Assembly (NCBI GenBank): GCA_964016885.1
Contig: OZ024743.1
Location: 207,762,001 to 207,826,000, forward strand
Source of the DNA: Eledone cirrhosa
Taxonomy: Eukaryota
Length of the DNA stretch: 64,000 nt
Direction of reading: 5' to 3'
Notes under the pieces: generated by a model
Told to the model about the DNA's origin: nothing
The model's database searches: none
The model's input: the letters and a program-made list of their open reading frames with translations, nothing else
Shown: positions 37,524-49,974 of the stretch, piece after piece
How the letters are laid out: the number at the start of each line of letters is the position of its first letter
Numbering within the stretch: position 1 is the first letter of the stretch
Program-made: the position numbers and the translations under genes

Positions 37524-37950
37524 CTGTTGTATGTGGTCCTAGATGTATGTATTACCTGCTTGTGTGTTGTATGTGGTCCTAGGTGTGTATATTACCTGCT
37601 TGTGTGTTGTATGTGGTCCTAGGTGTGTGTATTACCTGCTCATGTGTTGTATGTGGTCCTAGGTGTATATATTACCTGCTTGTGTGTTGTATGTGGTCCT
37701 AGGTGTGTATATTACCTGCTTGTGTGTTGTATGTGGTCCTAGGTGTGTGTATTACCTGCCTATGTGTTGTATGTGGTCCTAGATGTATATATTACCTGCT
37801 TGTGTGTTATATGTGGTCCTAGGTGTGTGTATTACCTGCTTGTGTGTTGTATGTTATCCTAGATGTGTGTTACCTGCTTGTGTTGTATGTGTGTATTACC
37901 TGCTTGTGTGTTGTATGTGGTCCTAGGTGTGTGTATTACCTGCTTGTGTG
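37524..37950. repeat. 40-bp tandem repeat, ~10 units
   Basis: GTGTTGTATGTGGTCCTAGGTGTGTATATTACCTGCTTGT. Confidence 0.95.
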
Positions 37951-38409
37951 TTTTTCTCTTTCCTTTTTATTTTTAATTATTTGTCATGTTATATACCAAA
38001 TAAAAATATTCCTTTCCGCTTTTAACAAATTGATAATGTTACCACACAAACTAATGTTATGACACACATACTCACACTAATGTTATCACACAAACACACA
38101 CTCAAATGCACTAATGTTACACTAATGTTACAACACAAACACACACACAGACACACACTAATGTTACGACACCCATGCAAATGCTACAACACACACACTC
38201 TCAAATGTGAAGTATTGGCCTTTGCCTTTCCCCTAGATAACATCGGTAGCGTTGAGAGGTGGGAGTGGTATTTATGAGAGACTGCTGGTCTTTGGTAAGA
38301 TCCTCTCCTTTCCAGAGCTAGATAAACATCTACTACACTTGTGGGAGCTGGGTTTTATCAATTTCACAACAGCAGCATAAATTTGGTTCTGAGAGAATAT
38401 GAGATGATT

Positions 38410-38700
38410 CTTCTCATTCTTCTTCTTTGCCTACTTATTCCTGGGAGCATGATGGAGGCAGAGTCCTCAAACACTCCTTTCAGTGGGTCCTGTCAGAAGC
38501 AACCGTCTCCAACTGATCTGGCTGAATCCACAAGCTAGACCAACCAAACTCATGGATATTATCCAACCATCTTGTTAGGGGTCTTCCCTTAGGTTTCCTA
38601 CCGGTTGGTTTTGTCTGTAAAATCTGTCCAGTAATTCTTTCCTGAGACATTCTAACCACATGCCCATAGTATTGGAGCTGTGGTAACTTACAACTCAAAT
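38410..38700 (-). mobile_element. Old RTE-like LINE 3' fragment
   Basis: QLQYYGHVVRM...GRKPKGRPLTRWLDNI; homologous to 45210-45620. Confidence 0.85.
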
Positions 38701-38894
38701 ATATTTTCAGCTCTATTTTTTTTCATCAATCCAATCTGTAAATACTTATGTGTTTTAAGGAATGGGTGGAGGCTTTACTTAGGTGAGCTTTGTTCCTCCA
38801 TTGTGCTCTCAGAGTTGGGGTCAATGTCTGCAGGATTGAAATATTAACTTGACAAGCCTCTTGATTCAAAGGGATTTGTTGATTATTATGTTGA

Positions 38895-38997
38895 CCAAAT
38901 CCAGAAGTCACTTCACTTACCATACCAAATCCAGAGGTCTCTTCACTTACCACACCAAATCCAGAGGTCACTTCCCTTACCACACCAAATCCAGACA
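38895..38997. repeat. 30-bp tandem repeat, ~3.5 units
   Basis: CCAAATCCAGAGGTCACTTCACTTACCACA. Confidence 0.9.
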
Positions 38998-39174
38998 CCA
39001 CTGGCATCATGTCTAGGGGGAAGTTTTGTACTCTCAGTCACTTCCCACCACAGAATCCAGTATAAGCACCGGCCTGATGAGCCTCAGTGCTTGAGACAGA
39101 CTTTAGACTTTATTGAGTATCTATTCTTCTCTAAGTATAAGTAATTCTCTCTTTCAATATCACTGTATAACAAT

Positions 39175-39545
39175 CAGTGTTGGAGTTACTTAAAAGCTAA
39201 ATAAACTATAGTTTAGAACTACACACCCTCGGGGGCCTCAGTGTAGCCAGTGTTGGACTTACCTATAAACTAAATAAGCTATAGTTTAGGGCTACACACC
39301 CTCGGGGGCCTCAGTGAGCCAGTGTTGGGCTTACCTATAAGCTAAATAAGATATAGCTTAGAGGCACATACCCTCAGGGGTCACATTTAAAAAAATATAT
39401 ATTTATATTTTTATATGCAGCAAATGAAATAAATCAATTAATTAAAAAGAACATTTTTATTTAAATTTTTTTTCTTCTGAAATGTTTAGAGAAGGGCCTC
39501 AAATTGTATATAGCTTAGGGCTTCAGCAGGTGAAAGACTGGCCTT
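39175..39545. mobile_element. MITE-like repeat with ~68-bp left end triplicated
   Basis: CAGTGTTGGACTTACCTATAAGCTAAATAAG...GGGGGCCTC three times; related single unit at 17380-17445. Confidence 0.55.
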
Positions 39546-39934
39546 GATAACAATTTGTCTCTTTCAATATCACTATATAACAATTTCAAATACTTTGTTA
39601 TAAACATAATATACACACTCTATTTGGTATCCATTCCTAAGTAGAATAATTTCTCTCTTTCAATTACTATTATCATTAAGGAAGGGAGTAATTGTTGTGG
39701 GGAGGAGGGGTCCATGGGAAAGTTCATTTAAATAAAAGGAGTCCTTAATAATGAAAATTTTAAAAACTAGAGCTACACTGAGGTAAATAAAAACTTGAAA
39801 GAAGAAATTTTAAATTTGAGTTTTAACGTCCTGTACCCCATTAAACCGCATTAGTAAAATATTCTTAAAAAGCATAAAACAGCACTGTAGGTGGATCACA
39901 TTAAAAAATGATGTTCTTACTTTAGTATTACAAA

Positions 39935-40210
39935 TTTATAGTATTATCTCTTAACATACTGTAATGATTTAGCAGAAAATATCTAAAAATTAGTTTGTTG
40001 ATTCAAATGTTTATATTATCTTTACTACTGGACTGATTGTTTGAATTAACAAACCTGTTCAAATATTTTCTGCTAAATCATTACAGGATGTTAAGAGATA
40101 ATACTACAAGTGTGCACAGCAATCTGTCCAGTAGTAAAGATATTACAAACATTTGAATTAACAAACCTGTTTTATATATTTTCTGCTAAATCATTAGAGG
40201 ATGTTAAAAG
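39935..40210. repeat. Foldback cluster of a ~120-bp local repeat (also at 41390-41620, 42340-42590, and inverted at 44900-45010)
   Basis: GATTTAGCAGAAAATAT at 39966 with reverse-complement copies at ~40063 and ~40177. Confidence 0.85.
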
Positions 40211-40902
40211 TTAAAAAAAAAAGAACAATTAAGAAATAAAAACAAAAGATTGAAATTATATAGGAGGTACCTTTTTTTTGTTTTTCTTTACTTATATTGA
40301 GCAGTAAATACAAAATTGTACAAAAGATGTGTTGAAGTGACAAAATAAAATATAAAAAACAAATCAAAACAGAAAACAGAAAGTCTGTGAATGAAGCAGT
40401 TCTTTGTGGAAGTAAAGAAAAAAAATAAAACAACAAAACAAACAGTGATTTCAATGTAATAAAGTATCGTGGTAGCAGTTTTGAAAATGGTTTATTTTGT
40501 GGTATTGATAGAGATAAAAGGTACCAAATGGATTCTTGTGGTACTGATAGAGAGAGAAGGTACCAGATGGATTCTAAACGGAATTAGTTACAGCACCAAA
40601 GTCAAAAAATATAATGAAATATTTGTTTGGTATTTTATATATTTAACACACAAACACACTTACATATATATATGTGTGTGCGTATATATATATATATACA
40701 TATATCTTGATACTCTGCTATCCAAGATTCCAAATGAACCACAGCACGGAATGAAGGTAACCTAAGGGCAGCAACAACAAACTCCCCTTTACATCAATGG
40801 CCAACCAACGTAAGCTGGATATAGAAAATGAAGCAACAAGGGTGATGCCCCAGCATGGCCTCAGCCTAATGACTGGAACAGGTAAAAGCGTATATATATA
40901 TA

Positions 40903-41206
40903 TCATCATCATCATCACTGTTTTACGTCCGTTCTTCCACGCTAACATGGGTTAGACGGGTTGTCCTGATGTGGGCAGTGTCTGGTCGGCTGAACATGCC
41001 TTGCTCATACAGGAACTGATTTGGCTTGATTTCTACAGCTGGATGCCCTTCCTAACACCAACCTCATTTACAGTGAGTGCTGGGTGCTTTTTCGTGGCGC
41101 CTACACGTCCACTTTACAGTGTGGGCTGGGTGCTTTTTTGCCGTGGCACCTCCACGACCACCTTGCAGTGGGGGAGGGGGCATATTGTCTATATGCTTCA
41201 GCTTGT
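40903..41206 (-). mobile_element. RTE 3' UTR-only copy
   Basis: Reverse complement of 14508-14808; (TA)n on both sides. Confidence 0.92.
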
Positions 41207-41959
41207 ATATATATATATATATGGACATTAAATGATGATGAAGATGACGATATATATATAGACGTTAAACGATGATGATATATATATATGTGTATATATA
41301 TATATATATATAAAGATTTTCATAATGATGAGCTAGGTAGTTTGAAAAATTATACTCATATCTTTATATAGTTTTTGTATATAAACTTTAGTTTTATTTA
41401 ACATCTAATGATTTAGCAGAAAATATCTAAAAATTTGTTTAATTCACATGGTATCTTTACGAGTGGACAGATAGTTGTGGAAAATTTGTAGTCTCTTAAC
41501 ATCCTGTAATGATTTAGTAGAAAATATCTAAAAATTAGTTTGTTAATTTAAATGTTTATAGTATCTTTACTATAATGGACAGATCTTTGTGGAAAATTTG
41601 CAATAATAGAATAAAGACTTCAATTTCTAACATGCATGAAATTGTATTAACAAAACATTCTTTAAAAGTACAAAACAGCATTATGGTCGTTAAAGAGTAA
41701 CTTGATAATTTCCTGCAGTAGTGGATGTTAGAATTGTGAACCAGAAGTGAATCACTAACAATACCTTGAGACAGAAATAGGCAAGACTATGTTTCAATGA
41801 ATTTCTAATGGAAAGAAGTTATTGAGGTGCAATATTGACATCCAGCGTTTCTAGGGCATTTTTTAACTTGGAGGAGCTTCTCTCTTCTCCAGGCCTCAGT
41901 ACAGCAAATTTCTTCCAGAGAGTGAGAGAAAGAAAATGAGAAAGAGATATAGAGGAAGA

Positions 41960-42117
41960 ATCGACCTCAGTTCTAGACTGGTATTTTTTTTTTATCAACC
42001 TTGAATGGATGAAAGTCAAAGTTGACCTCAGCTGGATTTGGAGCAAGAGAGCAGAGAGCCAAAACGAATATTACAAAGCATTCTATCCTATGTTCTAACA
42101 ACTGCCAATTCACTGCC
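41960..42117 (-). mobile_element. Diverged family A SINE
   Basis: GGATGAAAGTCAAAGTTGACCTCAGCTGGATTTG and CTGCCAATTCACTGCC. Confidence 0.75.
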
Positions 42118-43499
42118 TAATGGAAGGATTATTTTAATAAAATATGTGACTTTACATATTGGCTGTTGTTGTTTAACCCAAGTTCAACTATGATTGAGCA
42201 AAACCCTGATTAATTGCAATTCAGCCATGACCATATTCCATATTATATATTAGTATTGATCAAATGATATTTCATATCATCATTCATGTCATAACTAGAT
42301 TTTTTAAAGTGATTTTAATTTAAATATGGACAGTTTTGTTAGATTGATATTAACTTCTTAATATCCTGTAAGGATTTAGCAGAAAATGTCTAAAAACGCA
42401 TTTGTTAATTCAAATGTTTATAGAATCTTTACTAATGGACAGATTGTTGTGAAAATTTATAGTATTAACTGTTAATATCCTGTAAAGATTTAACAGAAAA
42501 TGTATAAAAATTAGTTTGTTAATTCAAATGTTTATAGTATCTTTACTAATGGACAGATTGTTGTAAAAATTTGCAATAATAGAATAAAGACTATTTACTA
42601 AAGTACAGTTAATTATGCTAAACATAAAATTCTAATTTATTACATAACTAGAGTTATCCCCCTTACATTAGAGAGTTCGTTTTCTAGAATGTTTTGCACC
42701 TGCGTTATTTTCTTTTGTGTGGTGATAGATAGATAGAGCGAGGGAGGGAGAGGCAATGGTATCACTGGAAAAAGTAAGAAAACAACGGTGTAAAGATTAG
42801 CAAAAGAAATACGTCTATGTATAAAATTCGTGATACCAAAACACTGATTATTTCAATTTGCAAAGCTTTATTTATTTATAACATGGAAGAGTTTGGATAT
42901 TTTAAAATACAGACAAAAGTGAATGTAAAATTACATCAAAAGTAAAAACCAAAAAAGTTGTTTAAATTCCAATATGAATTTAAAAATTGAGAGGGATAAA
43001 TGTTTGTAAAAAATATATCACATTGTGAAAGGCAGATTTAAACAATTTTTTTTCATCAGGAAGCATTTTCAAAAGGAGGGGGGGGGGGCTGTCTATTATA
43101 CAATATTGGGTTTTAAAAAACAGCACTGGATTCAAAGCAAATAACAGATATACAACATCAATTGAAAAACAAAAACATTCTTCTGCTTTGTTTTACCTGG
43201 ATACATTAACTTTAAGAGTAAAATACAATAAAATACAGACGTAGTTCTTCTGGGTATTTGTTTTAGTAAAAAAAAAAAATTAACAGTTTTTGTTGGAAGC
43301 ACTTCAGAAAATCTTAAATCCATTCAGAGAATTAAGAATTGGGTTACATAGCTTGATTTAAGAAATACCTTTCTTCCATCAGAAGTGCTAGGACACTTCA
43401 CTAATTATATCATCATTATCATTACTTATATAAACAAAAGTTGTCTTCGGATTCACATATGAAATATTCTTAGAAATATTTGGACTGGATCTTCATTGG

Positions 43500-43695
43500 T
43501 TCCAACCATGAGTGCCCCAGGGTATTCAATTAATAGAACAGCCAGCTTATAGAATTAACATGCCAGTGACCGAACATTTCATAGACACATATGTAATTCT
43601 CAGGAAGATTCAGCATGACACAGGATGTGAGAAATTGCTGGACCTTTGAATTACAGGGTACAACCCATTTTTGCCAGTTGAGTGGACTACAGCAC
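43500..43695 (-). mobile_element. SINE family B fragment
   Basis: GATTCAGCATGACACAG...CTTTGAATTACAGG matches 16460-16525. Confidence 0.7.
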
Positions 43696-44003
43696 TATTT
43701 GCCATGAAAAACTTATATTCTAAACTGAGGTTTTGTAGATCTAATAGATATATCATATTGTAAAGATGTTGTGGGACCCATGCTAGCATGGAAAATGGAC
43801 ATTAAACGGTGATAATGATGATGATGATGCGTGCAAGATGGAGATGCCACATATATATTAGTTAAGTTCATCTAAAATATTTATAAAGCACCATGGTTTG
43901 TCAATCTTTTTGTTTTTAAATGTTTCAACAAGTTCCTGTGTAATTCATTTGATACAAGGAAGTGAGACATTATAATTAATTTGTTCAATTTATCTTTAAT
44001 ATA

Positions 44004-44220
44004 CAAGGGGTGATGAAAAGTTCCTGGCTTTAAGGGTATTTAAGAGGCCTAGTTGGAGGCCCAACCTTCCGAGTTCTTTTTACAGGGCATAGAAAATCTG
44101 GAAGGACCACCGCAATAAGTGTGTGAATCTGAGAGGAGAATATGATGAATAAAATCATAATTAACTGATCCTCCTGTAGTTTTTTTTACCCAAAGCCAGG
44201 AACTTTTCAACACCCCCTCA
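44004..44220 (+). mobile_element. Mariner-derived MITE, 217 bp
   Basis: ~30-bp TIRs (GGGGTGATGAAAAGTTCCTGGCTTT / AAAGCCAGGAACTTTTCAACACCCC), TA on both sides; internal DHRNKCVNLRGEYDE* resembles a mariner transposase C-terminus. Confidence 0.9.
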
Positions 44221-44637
44221 TATTTGAATTAAATAATATAATTTCTGGGGGAATTAAAAAACAAAATGACAATGTTAATTTAGTAATAGTAGTATTAAAA
44301 AATATAAAAGTTAAAATGATATTGCTCCATTGGAGACATAAGATTGGAGAGCATGTATGACGGGGTGTGGATGAATTGAGAGAAACTAGAGTGATCAGAT
44401 GTAATGTGTAAAAGAGAAGACTGTGCTGGTATGGACATGTGATATGTATTGATGATGAATGCTGAGTGAAGAAGTGTCAGAAGATGTCAGAAAGAAGTTG
44501 AAGTTGAGGAAAACGTGGGCAGAAAAGTTAGAGCTAATCTTGAAATAATGAATTTTACAGAATGGAGAGAGGCTGTGATGGAAAAGACCCATCCAACCCA
44601 TTGAAGCAGGGAAAGGACACATGGGGGGAGGGGGCTC

Positions 44638-44780
44638 CATTAAATTGACTCCAGTGTGTTACTGGTACTTTATTTTATTGACCCCATAAGGGTGAAAGTC
44701 TAAGCTAACCTCAGCAGGATTTGAACTTAGAATGCAAAAGGATGTAATTTTATGCCATAAAACGTTGTCCATCCCTCTAC
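44638..44780 (-). mobile_element. Family A SINE, diverged
   Basis: CTGGTACTTTATTTTATTGACCCC and GGATTTGAACT. Confidence 0.8.
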
Positions 44781-45199
44781 TCTATATTAGAATAGATCTA
44801 AATAATCCTGAATTCTTAATCTGGCATAAGGGACAATTGTCTGTAAATTGGTAACATTCTTTATGGTAAAATAGTCTTGAAAAGTACAGAACAGCACTAC
44901 GACTGCACCACATTCACAAAGATCTGTCCACAAGTATAGATACTATAAATAATTGGAATAACAAACCCGCTTTTTGATATCTTCTGCCAGATCATTACGG
45001 GATGTTTAGAGGTAAATGGGATGCAGCCAAATTCAGAAATGTTCAAAAAGGTTAAATGTAATAATTTCTAATTTATTAAAAAGGATGGAACAGTTTGTGA
45101 TACAATGTTTGAAGAACTTGCCTTCAGCTTAGATTTATAAACATATCACATGTAAATAAACTGTCAAAAACAATAACAATTTCATTGCTAATAATAACA

Positions 45200-45620
45200 A
45201 ATCACTCCAATTAGAGCTGGTACTTCTCCAAATTGAGAGATAACAGCTCTGATACTATGGGTATGTGGTTAGAATGTCTTAGGAAAAGAATTGCTGGACA
45301 GATTTGTAGCTTGGAGATCAGAGTGTCACTCCAAGTAGAGCCGATACTTCTCCAAATTGAGAGATAACAGCTCTGATACTATGGGTATGTGGTTAGAATG
45401 TCTTAGGAAAAGAATTGCTGGACAGATTTTACGGGCAAAATCAACCAGCTGGAAACCTAGGGGTAGACTCCAAGCAAGGGGGTTGGATAACATCCATGAG
45501 CTTGGCTGGTCTTGCTTGGGGATCCAGCCGGATCAGTTGGAGAAGGTTGCTTCTGACAGGACCCACTGGAAGGAGTGTTTCAGGTCTCTGCGCCATGACC
45601 CTCTCAGGAATAAGTAGAAG
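45200..45620 (+). mobile_element. Old RTE-like LINE 3' fragment with 5' partial duplication
   Basis: QL*YYGYVVRMS...KPRGR...LDNIHELGW; 45221-45305 repeated at 45345-45428. Confidence 0.8.
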
Positions 45621-47178
45621 TATAACAAGCACTGTGACAAAAAAGTGAATGTAGTAAGAAACAGTGACTACAGTATTGGTGATTGAACAGGGACCCTTCA
45701 GTTTGGATGAGTATATGTGCTGGTGCTATGATAAAATACACTCAATACACTCTACACTAAACAAAAAAAGCGCACCCAGTACACATTGTAAAGTAGTTGT
45801 TGTTAGGAATGACCCCTATCTGTAGAAACCATGCCAAATATAAAACGTTTGAGCAAGATGAGGTCACTCCAGACCCTGACAACTCCTCCTACCCAATGCC
45901 TTGACTTAAAATGACGACAATGATGATGATGATTGCTGACAGAAATATTTTCTTGAGCTCAATTTCTTCAGCTGTTTGAACCTATTGGAATTATTTTGTA
46001 GATCATGAAATGGTATTTAAATTGAAGAAGAAGGAATCTTTATTTGCAGAAGTTCAGAAAGAGTAAAACAAACTAGGAACTGTCATATTGGAATGTTTCC
46101 TGACAATATGATTTCATTTTAAAAGATTTAAAGAAACCAGGATATAAATTTTGATGTGATGTGAATAAACAAAGTTCTATTTATTTAGATATGGAAATTT
46201 TAAATGCATGTCCCCCCAACGCAAATGACCATAATAATAGTCAAGTATTATAAATAGTAGTTACAAAAATTGAGTAAAATACCCTTGGAGGTGTGGACAG
46301 AGGTGCTTGCAAGGAATTGATCACAGTATCTCTAGGATACCAGGCAAGTACTTTAACTACCTTTGCTAAAAAGCTCCTATCCACCAATTCCATTTCATTT
46401 AGATTCCAAATTTACCTTATGTTTAGACATCTAAATATTTGAGACGAGGTATTGTTAAAACAATTATTATTGACATCTATACTATGTTTTGATCAGTATA
46501 ATCAATCATTTATTGACATTTAAATGTTGTTGTTGTCTGCTACTGGTACCATGTAACCCAGTACAACTTGCTTCATGGCCAAGTGGTGAGTATCTAAGTT
46601 CTAGTTTTTAAATCTTATATTTATATAATTATGTCTACAGTTGACACAAGGCCAGTAATTTGAAGGGAAGGAGGAAAGTCGATTAAATCGACCCCAGTGT
46701 ATTACTGGTACTTTATTATAATTAAATAATAAAACGACATGAAGTAACAAAGACTTTACATGTATGTGTGTACATAATTATGTATGTATATCAGAGAGGG
46801 TAACATACATGTGTATACGTGTGAGAGGGTAATAAACATATATGTGTGAATGTGAGGATAACATGCACACACGTGTGTGAGAGAGGGTAACATAGATACT
46901 CATGTGTACATGTGAGAAGGTAATATATACACGTGTGAGAGGGTAAAATACACAGGTATATCTATGATTTGCTACCCAAGTGTTGAGACATAAGATACCT
47001 CCCTTTAAAAATGTTTGTCAGTGGGATTCAGGACAGGATTTTAAATATAAACCACTTGATATGCACTATATATATATATATATATATATATAGTAATAAT
47101 AATAAATTTGAAGACTAAAATCCAAAGAGAGCTCGATAAGGATAAATATATATCAAATATATAAGAACCGTAGAGCAA

Positions 47179-47269
47179 ATATTTATTAAAATAACATTAA
47201 AGTTTAAGCAAAGAATCGCTGCTTTCACCCTTGCAGCGATTCTTTGCTTAAACTTTAATCTGTTATTTA

Positions 47270-47277
<8 letters not shown>
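47179..47277. repeat. Perfect 27-bp hairpin (47196-47222 / 47233-47259, 10-nt loop) with imperfect extension
   Basis: ATTAAAGTTTAAGCAAAGAATCGCTGC-tttcaccctt-GCAGCGATTCTTTGCTTAAACTTTAAT. Confidence 0.95.
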
Positions 47278-47339
<62 letters not shown>

Positions 47340-48007
47340 CATATGTATGTGTGTGTGTATGGGAAGAATGAAAATTTATGAAAATATTGGCAACACAAAA
47401 CAAAATGAAAAACCAAAATTAAAAATGTGATATTTAAGAATACATGTATGTATGAATATATAAATATATATATACACACACATACACACATATATATATA
47501 TGTATTTATATATATATATATACACGCATACCTATATACATATTTATACACACACACGTGTATATATATATATATATATATATACACGCATACATATTTA
47601 TACACACTCACATGTATATACTTATATATATATATATATACATATTAATGAATAGAGATGTTACTGCGAAGTTGAGTGGTTTCAGCTTGCTTACTCTAAA
47701 TCTCTCCATGTATTGAGTCCTACTCTGATTTACAATCTTCCCGGTCGCCATACCACAGACACTCAATATTTATATATGTGTATGTGTACGTGTGTGTATG
47801 TGTACAGTATAAACAAAGTTTCATACACTTTGTTTATGCACTATTTTCCTTGATTATTCATCTACAGATTTCTACACACACATACACAAATATTTATATC
47901 TAGGATATGTAACGTCCAGTTACTGGAGGTTCACCAGAATGAGCACTCCATGCGTAGTTTCCAGTCGGTATAGAACTAAGCAAAGTGTAATTATAATAAT
48001 AATAAAA

Positions 48008-48205
48008 AGGATGATTTGTTATGTCTTCATTACGTTTATTGAGTAGTGACGTGCATTCATTGTGTCATTACCACAGCAGAGGACTGACGAGCTTTTGATT
48101 CCAGAGTTGGGCTAGATTGATACAGATCGAACCATGAGCTGATCAATAGCAAAATGCGAGTCACTACTCAATAAACATAATGAAGACATAACAAATCGTC
48201 ATTAT
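48008..48205. repeat. Foldback/MITE-like element with ~48-bp inverted arms
   Basis: GATTTGTTATGTCTTCATTACGTTTATTGAGTAGTGAC versus GTCACTACTCAATAAACATAATGAAGACATAACAAATC. Confidence 0.9.
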
Positions 48206-48207
48206 TA

Positions 48208-48400
48208 TTGGCAGTATCGGTAGAGGGTCGGACGCCATGCTTTGACGCATAGGGTTACGACCCTTGCCATTCTGAGTTCAAATCCCGCCGAGATTAACTT
48301 TGCTTTTCATCCTTATGGGGTCGATAAAATAAAGTACCAGTAATGCACTGGTTAATTTGTTGGCCTTGGGCCAAAAGTAGAAACAATTATTATTATTATT
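48208..48400 (+). mobile_element. Family A SINE
   Basis: TTGGCAGTATCGGTAGAGGGTCGGACGCC head and (ATT)n tail. Confidence 0.92.
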
Positions 48401-48543
48401 ATAATATATATATATATATATATATTCTTAGCACTTCAAAAGCCGAAAATTTGGCTTCGTACATTGTTATATGTTATTTTTATCTAAAGATATTTTTTCC
48501 AATTCCATCCTGCCCGTCCCCATCTATATTATTTCTCATTCTT

Positions 48544-48579
48544 TCTTCTGATGAAGGACTAGCATCCGAAACGTTAAGA
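48544..48579 (+). ncRNA. Minimal type I hammerhead ribozyme motif of the Penelope pseudo-LTR type
   Basis: TCTT-CTGATGA-a-GGA(ctagca)TCC-GAA-ACGT-T-AAGA: 4-bp stem I, intact core, 3-bp stem II, palindromic ACGT stem III, GUU triplet. Confidence 0.75.
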
Positions 48580-48683
48580 CCCTCTTCCTGCTATATCAAG
48601 CGTTAGCCTAATATATCCTTTCCATATACTGTACTGATTGTGTTGTTATTTCTGTTAACCTTTTACATACATATATATATATG

Positions 48684-48731
<48 letters not shown>

Positions 48732-48986
48732 GGTGTGTGTATGTGCGTGTGTGTGTGTATATATATATATATAACATGTAAAATTAATAATAAATGGTCA
48801 AAATTGCAACTTAAAAATATAAATCATACCACAATTTTATAGTGAATAATGTAAAGTGAAAAAACAAAGGATTTTCCTGTTGTGAAAAATGTTGGGACAA
48901 TCAAAACATATTTCTAAATAATATATCTAAGCACCAAATGTTCCGAGAACATGTACAAGGATATGTTTATAGAATATAATTTTTAC

Positions 48987-49029
48987 GTTTTATAATGTTC
49001 TGGCATTTCAAAACTTCCATCTCGTTTGT
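48987..49029 (-). CDS. Candidate 43-nt exon (TNEMEVLKCQNIIK)
   Basis: Acceptor TTTTCCTGTACTTTATAAG, donor GTAAAA; phase 0 start matches the 62997-63040 exon. Confidence 0.4.
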
Positions 49030-49204
49030 CTTATAAAGTACAGGAAAAATATTGTCACAGAAAACTTTATATAAAATTACAAAACTAGGAGAATTAACCA
49101 CAGCTTCAAAATATAAAATCAATGAGGAACGGAACAATCGATGATTCTGTGGACTTGGTGGAATTGTAGACTGTTGGTTCATGAGAGATTGTAGAAGAGA
49201 TAAT

Positions 49205-49391
49205 TGTTTCTACTTTTGGCACAAGGCCAGCAATTATCCAGTGCATTACTGGTACTTTATTTTATCGACCCCGTAAGGATGAAAGGCAAAGTTAACCTCG
49301 GCGGGATTTGAACTCAAACCATAAAGGGGCGTAACTCTTTGCTGCAAAGCATAGCGTCAGACCCTCTACCGATACTGCCAATCCACCGCCC
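49205..49391 (-). mobile_element. Full-length family A SINE with 18-bp target-site duplication
   Basis: GATTGTAGAAGAGATAAT at 49187-49204 and 49392-49409. Confidence 0.95.
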
Positions 49392-49592
49392 GATTGTAGA
49401 AGAGATAATGGCGATGAATGAGTTACTTCCCTTGTAATAATCAATACTTGTAATAATCAATACTTCACCTTGAAGAGAGGGAAAACGTATTAATTACAAT
49501 AGAAAATCTTTAAAACTGAATTCAACAGAAATACAATAAAACTAACGAGCGAATTCTTTAAAAGAAAAATATACACAATAAATAATATACAT

Positions 49593-49960
49593 GTATTCCC
49601 GGGTCTCGAATAATTGCCCCCCCGCTTATTAAATCTTATTAATCTATCTCCAGTGAAATTTTATTTTAAGTGGTAGCATTCCTGCAACAATTTTTTTTAG
49701 ACATTAAAAACATTATACATGACAATAAAGTCCATTACTAGGAATCACATACGTTATAAAATAAATAGGATGGGTTAGGGTCTCAATATGTAAACTAAAC
49801 AACTAATTCTGGTTTTTAAAAAAATCAACGGAGACAACCAAGAAAAATTACTAATTTTCAACCGACCCACTGCTAATTCTAACAACCCTACTTATTCCAA
49901 CTGGTCCACTTCTTCCACCCCCATCCGTCTTATTCCAATAATTTGGGCCTCGAGAATACA
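49593..49960. mobile_element. MITE-like element with imperfect TIRs
   Basis: GTATTCCCGGGTCTCGAATAAT / TAATTTGGGCCTCGAGAATAC ends; body repeated three other times in the window. Confidence 0.65.
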
Positions 49961-49974
49961 CTGTCCGTTTTAAT

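Noticed and set aside
39074-39100. CTGATGAGCC as a hammerhead core (also 16842-16850 minus)
   Set aside because: No GAAA or stem III follows; it is part of the SINE 3' domain
41325-41355. TGATGAGCTAGGTAGTTTGAAAA hammerhead-like string
   Set aside because: C3 missing, and no stem I or III; expected by chance in AT-rich DNA
43191-43400. Micro-exon candidates (13 nt and 32 nt; also 15 nt at ~46415)
   Set aside because: Too short to distinguish from chance AG/GT pairs without transcript data
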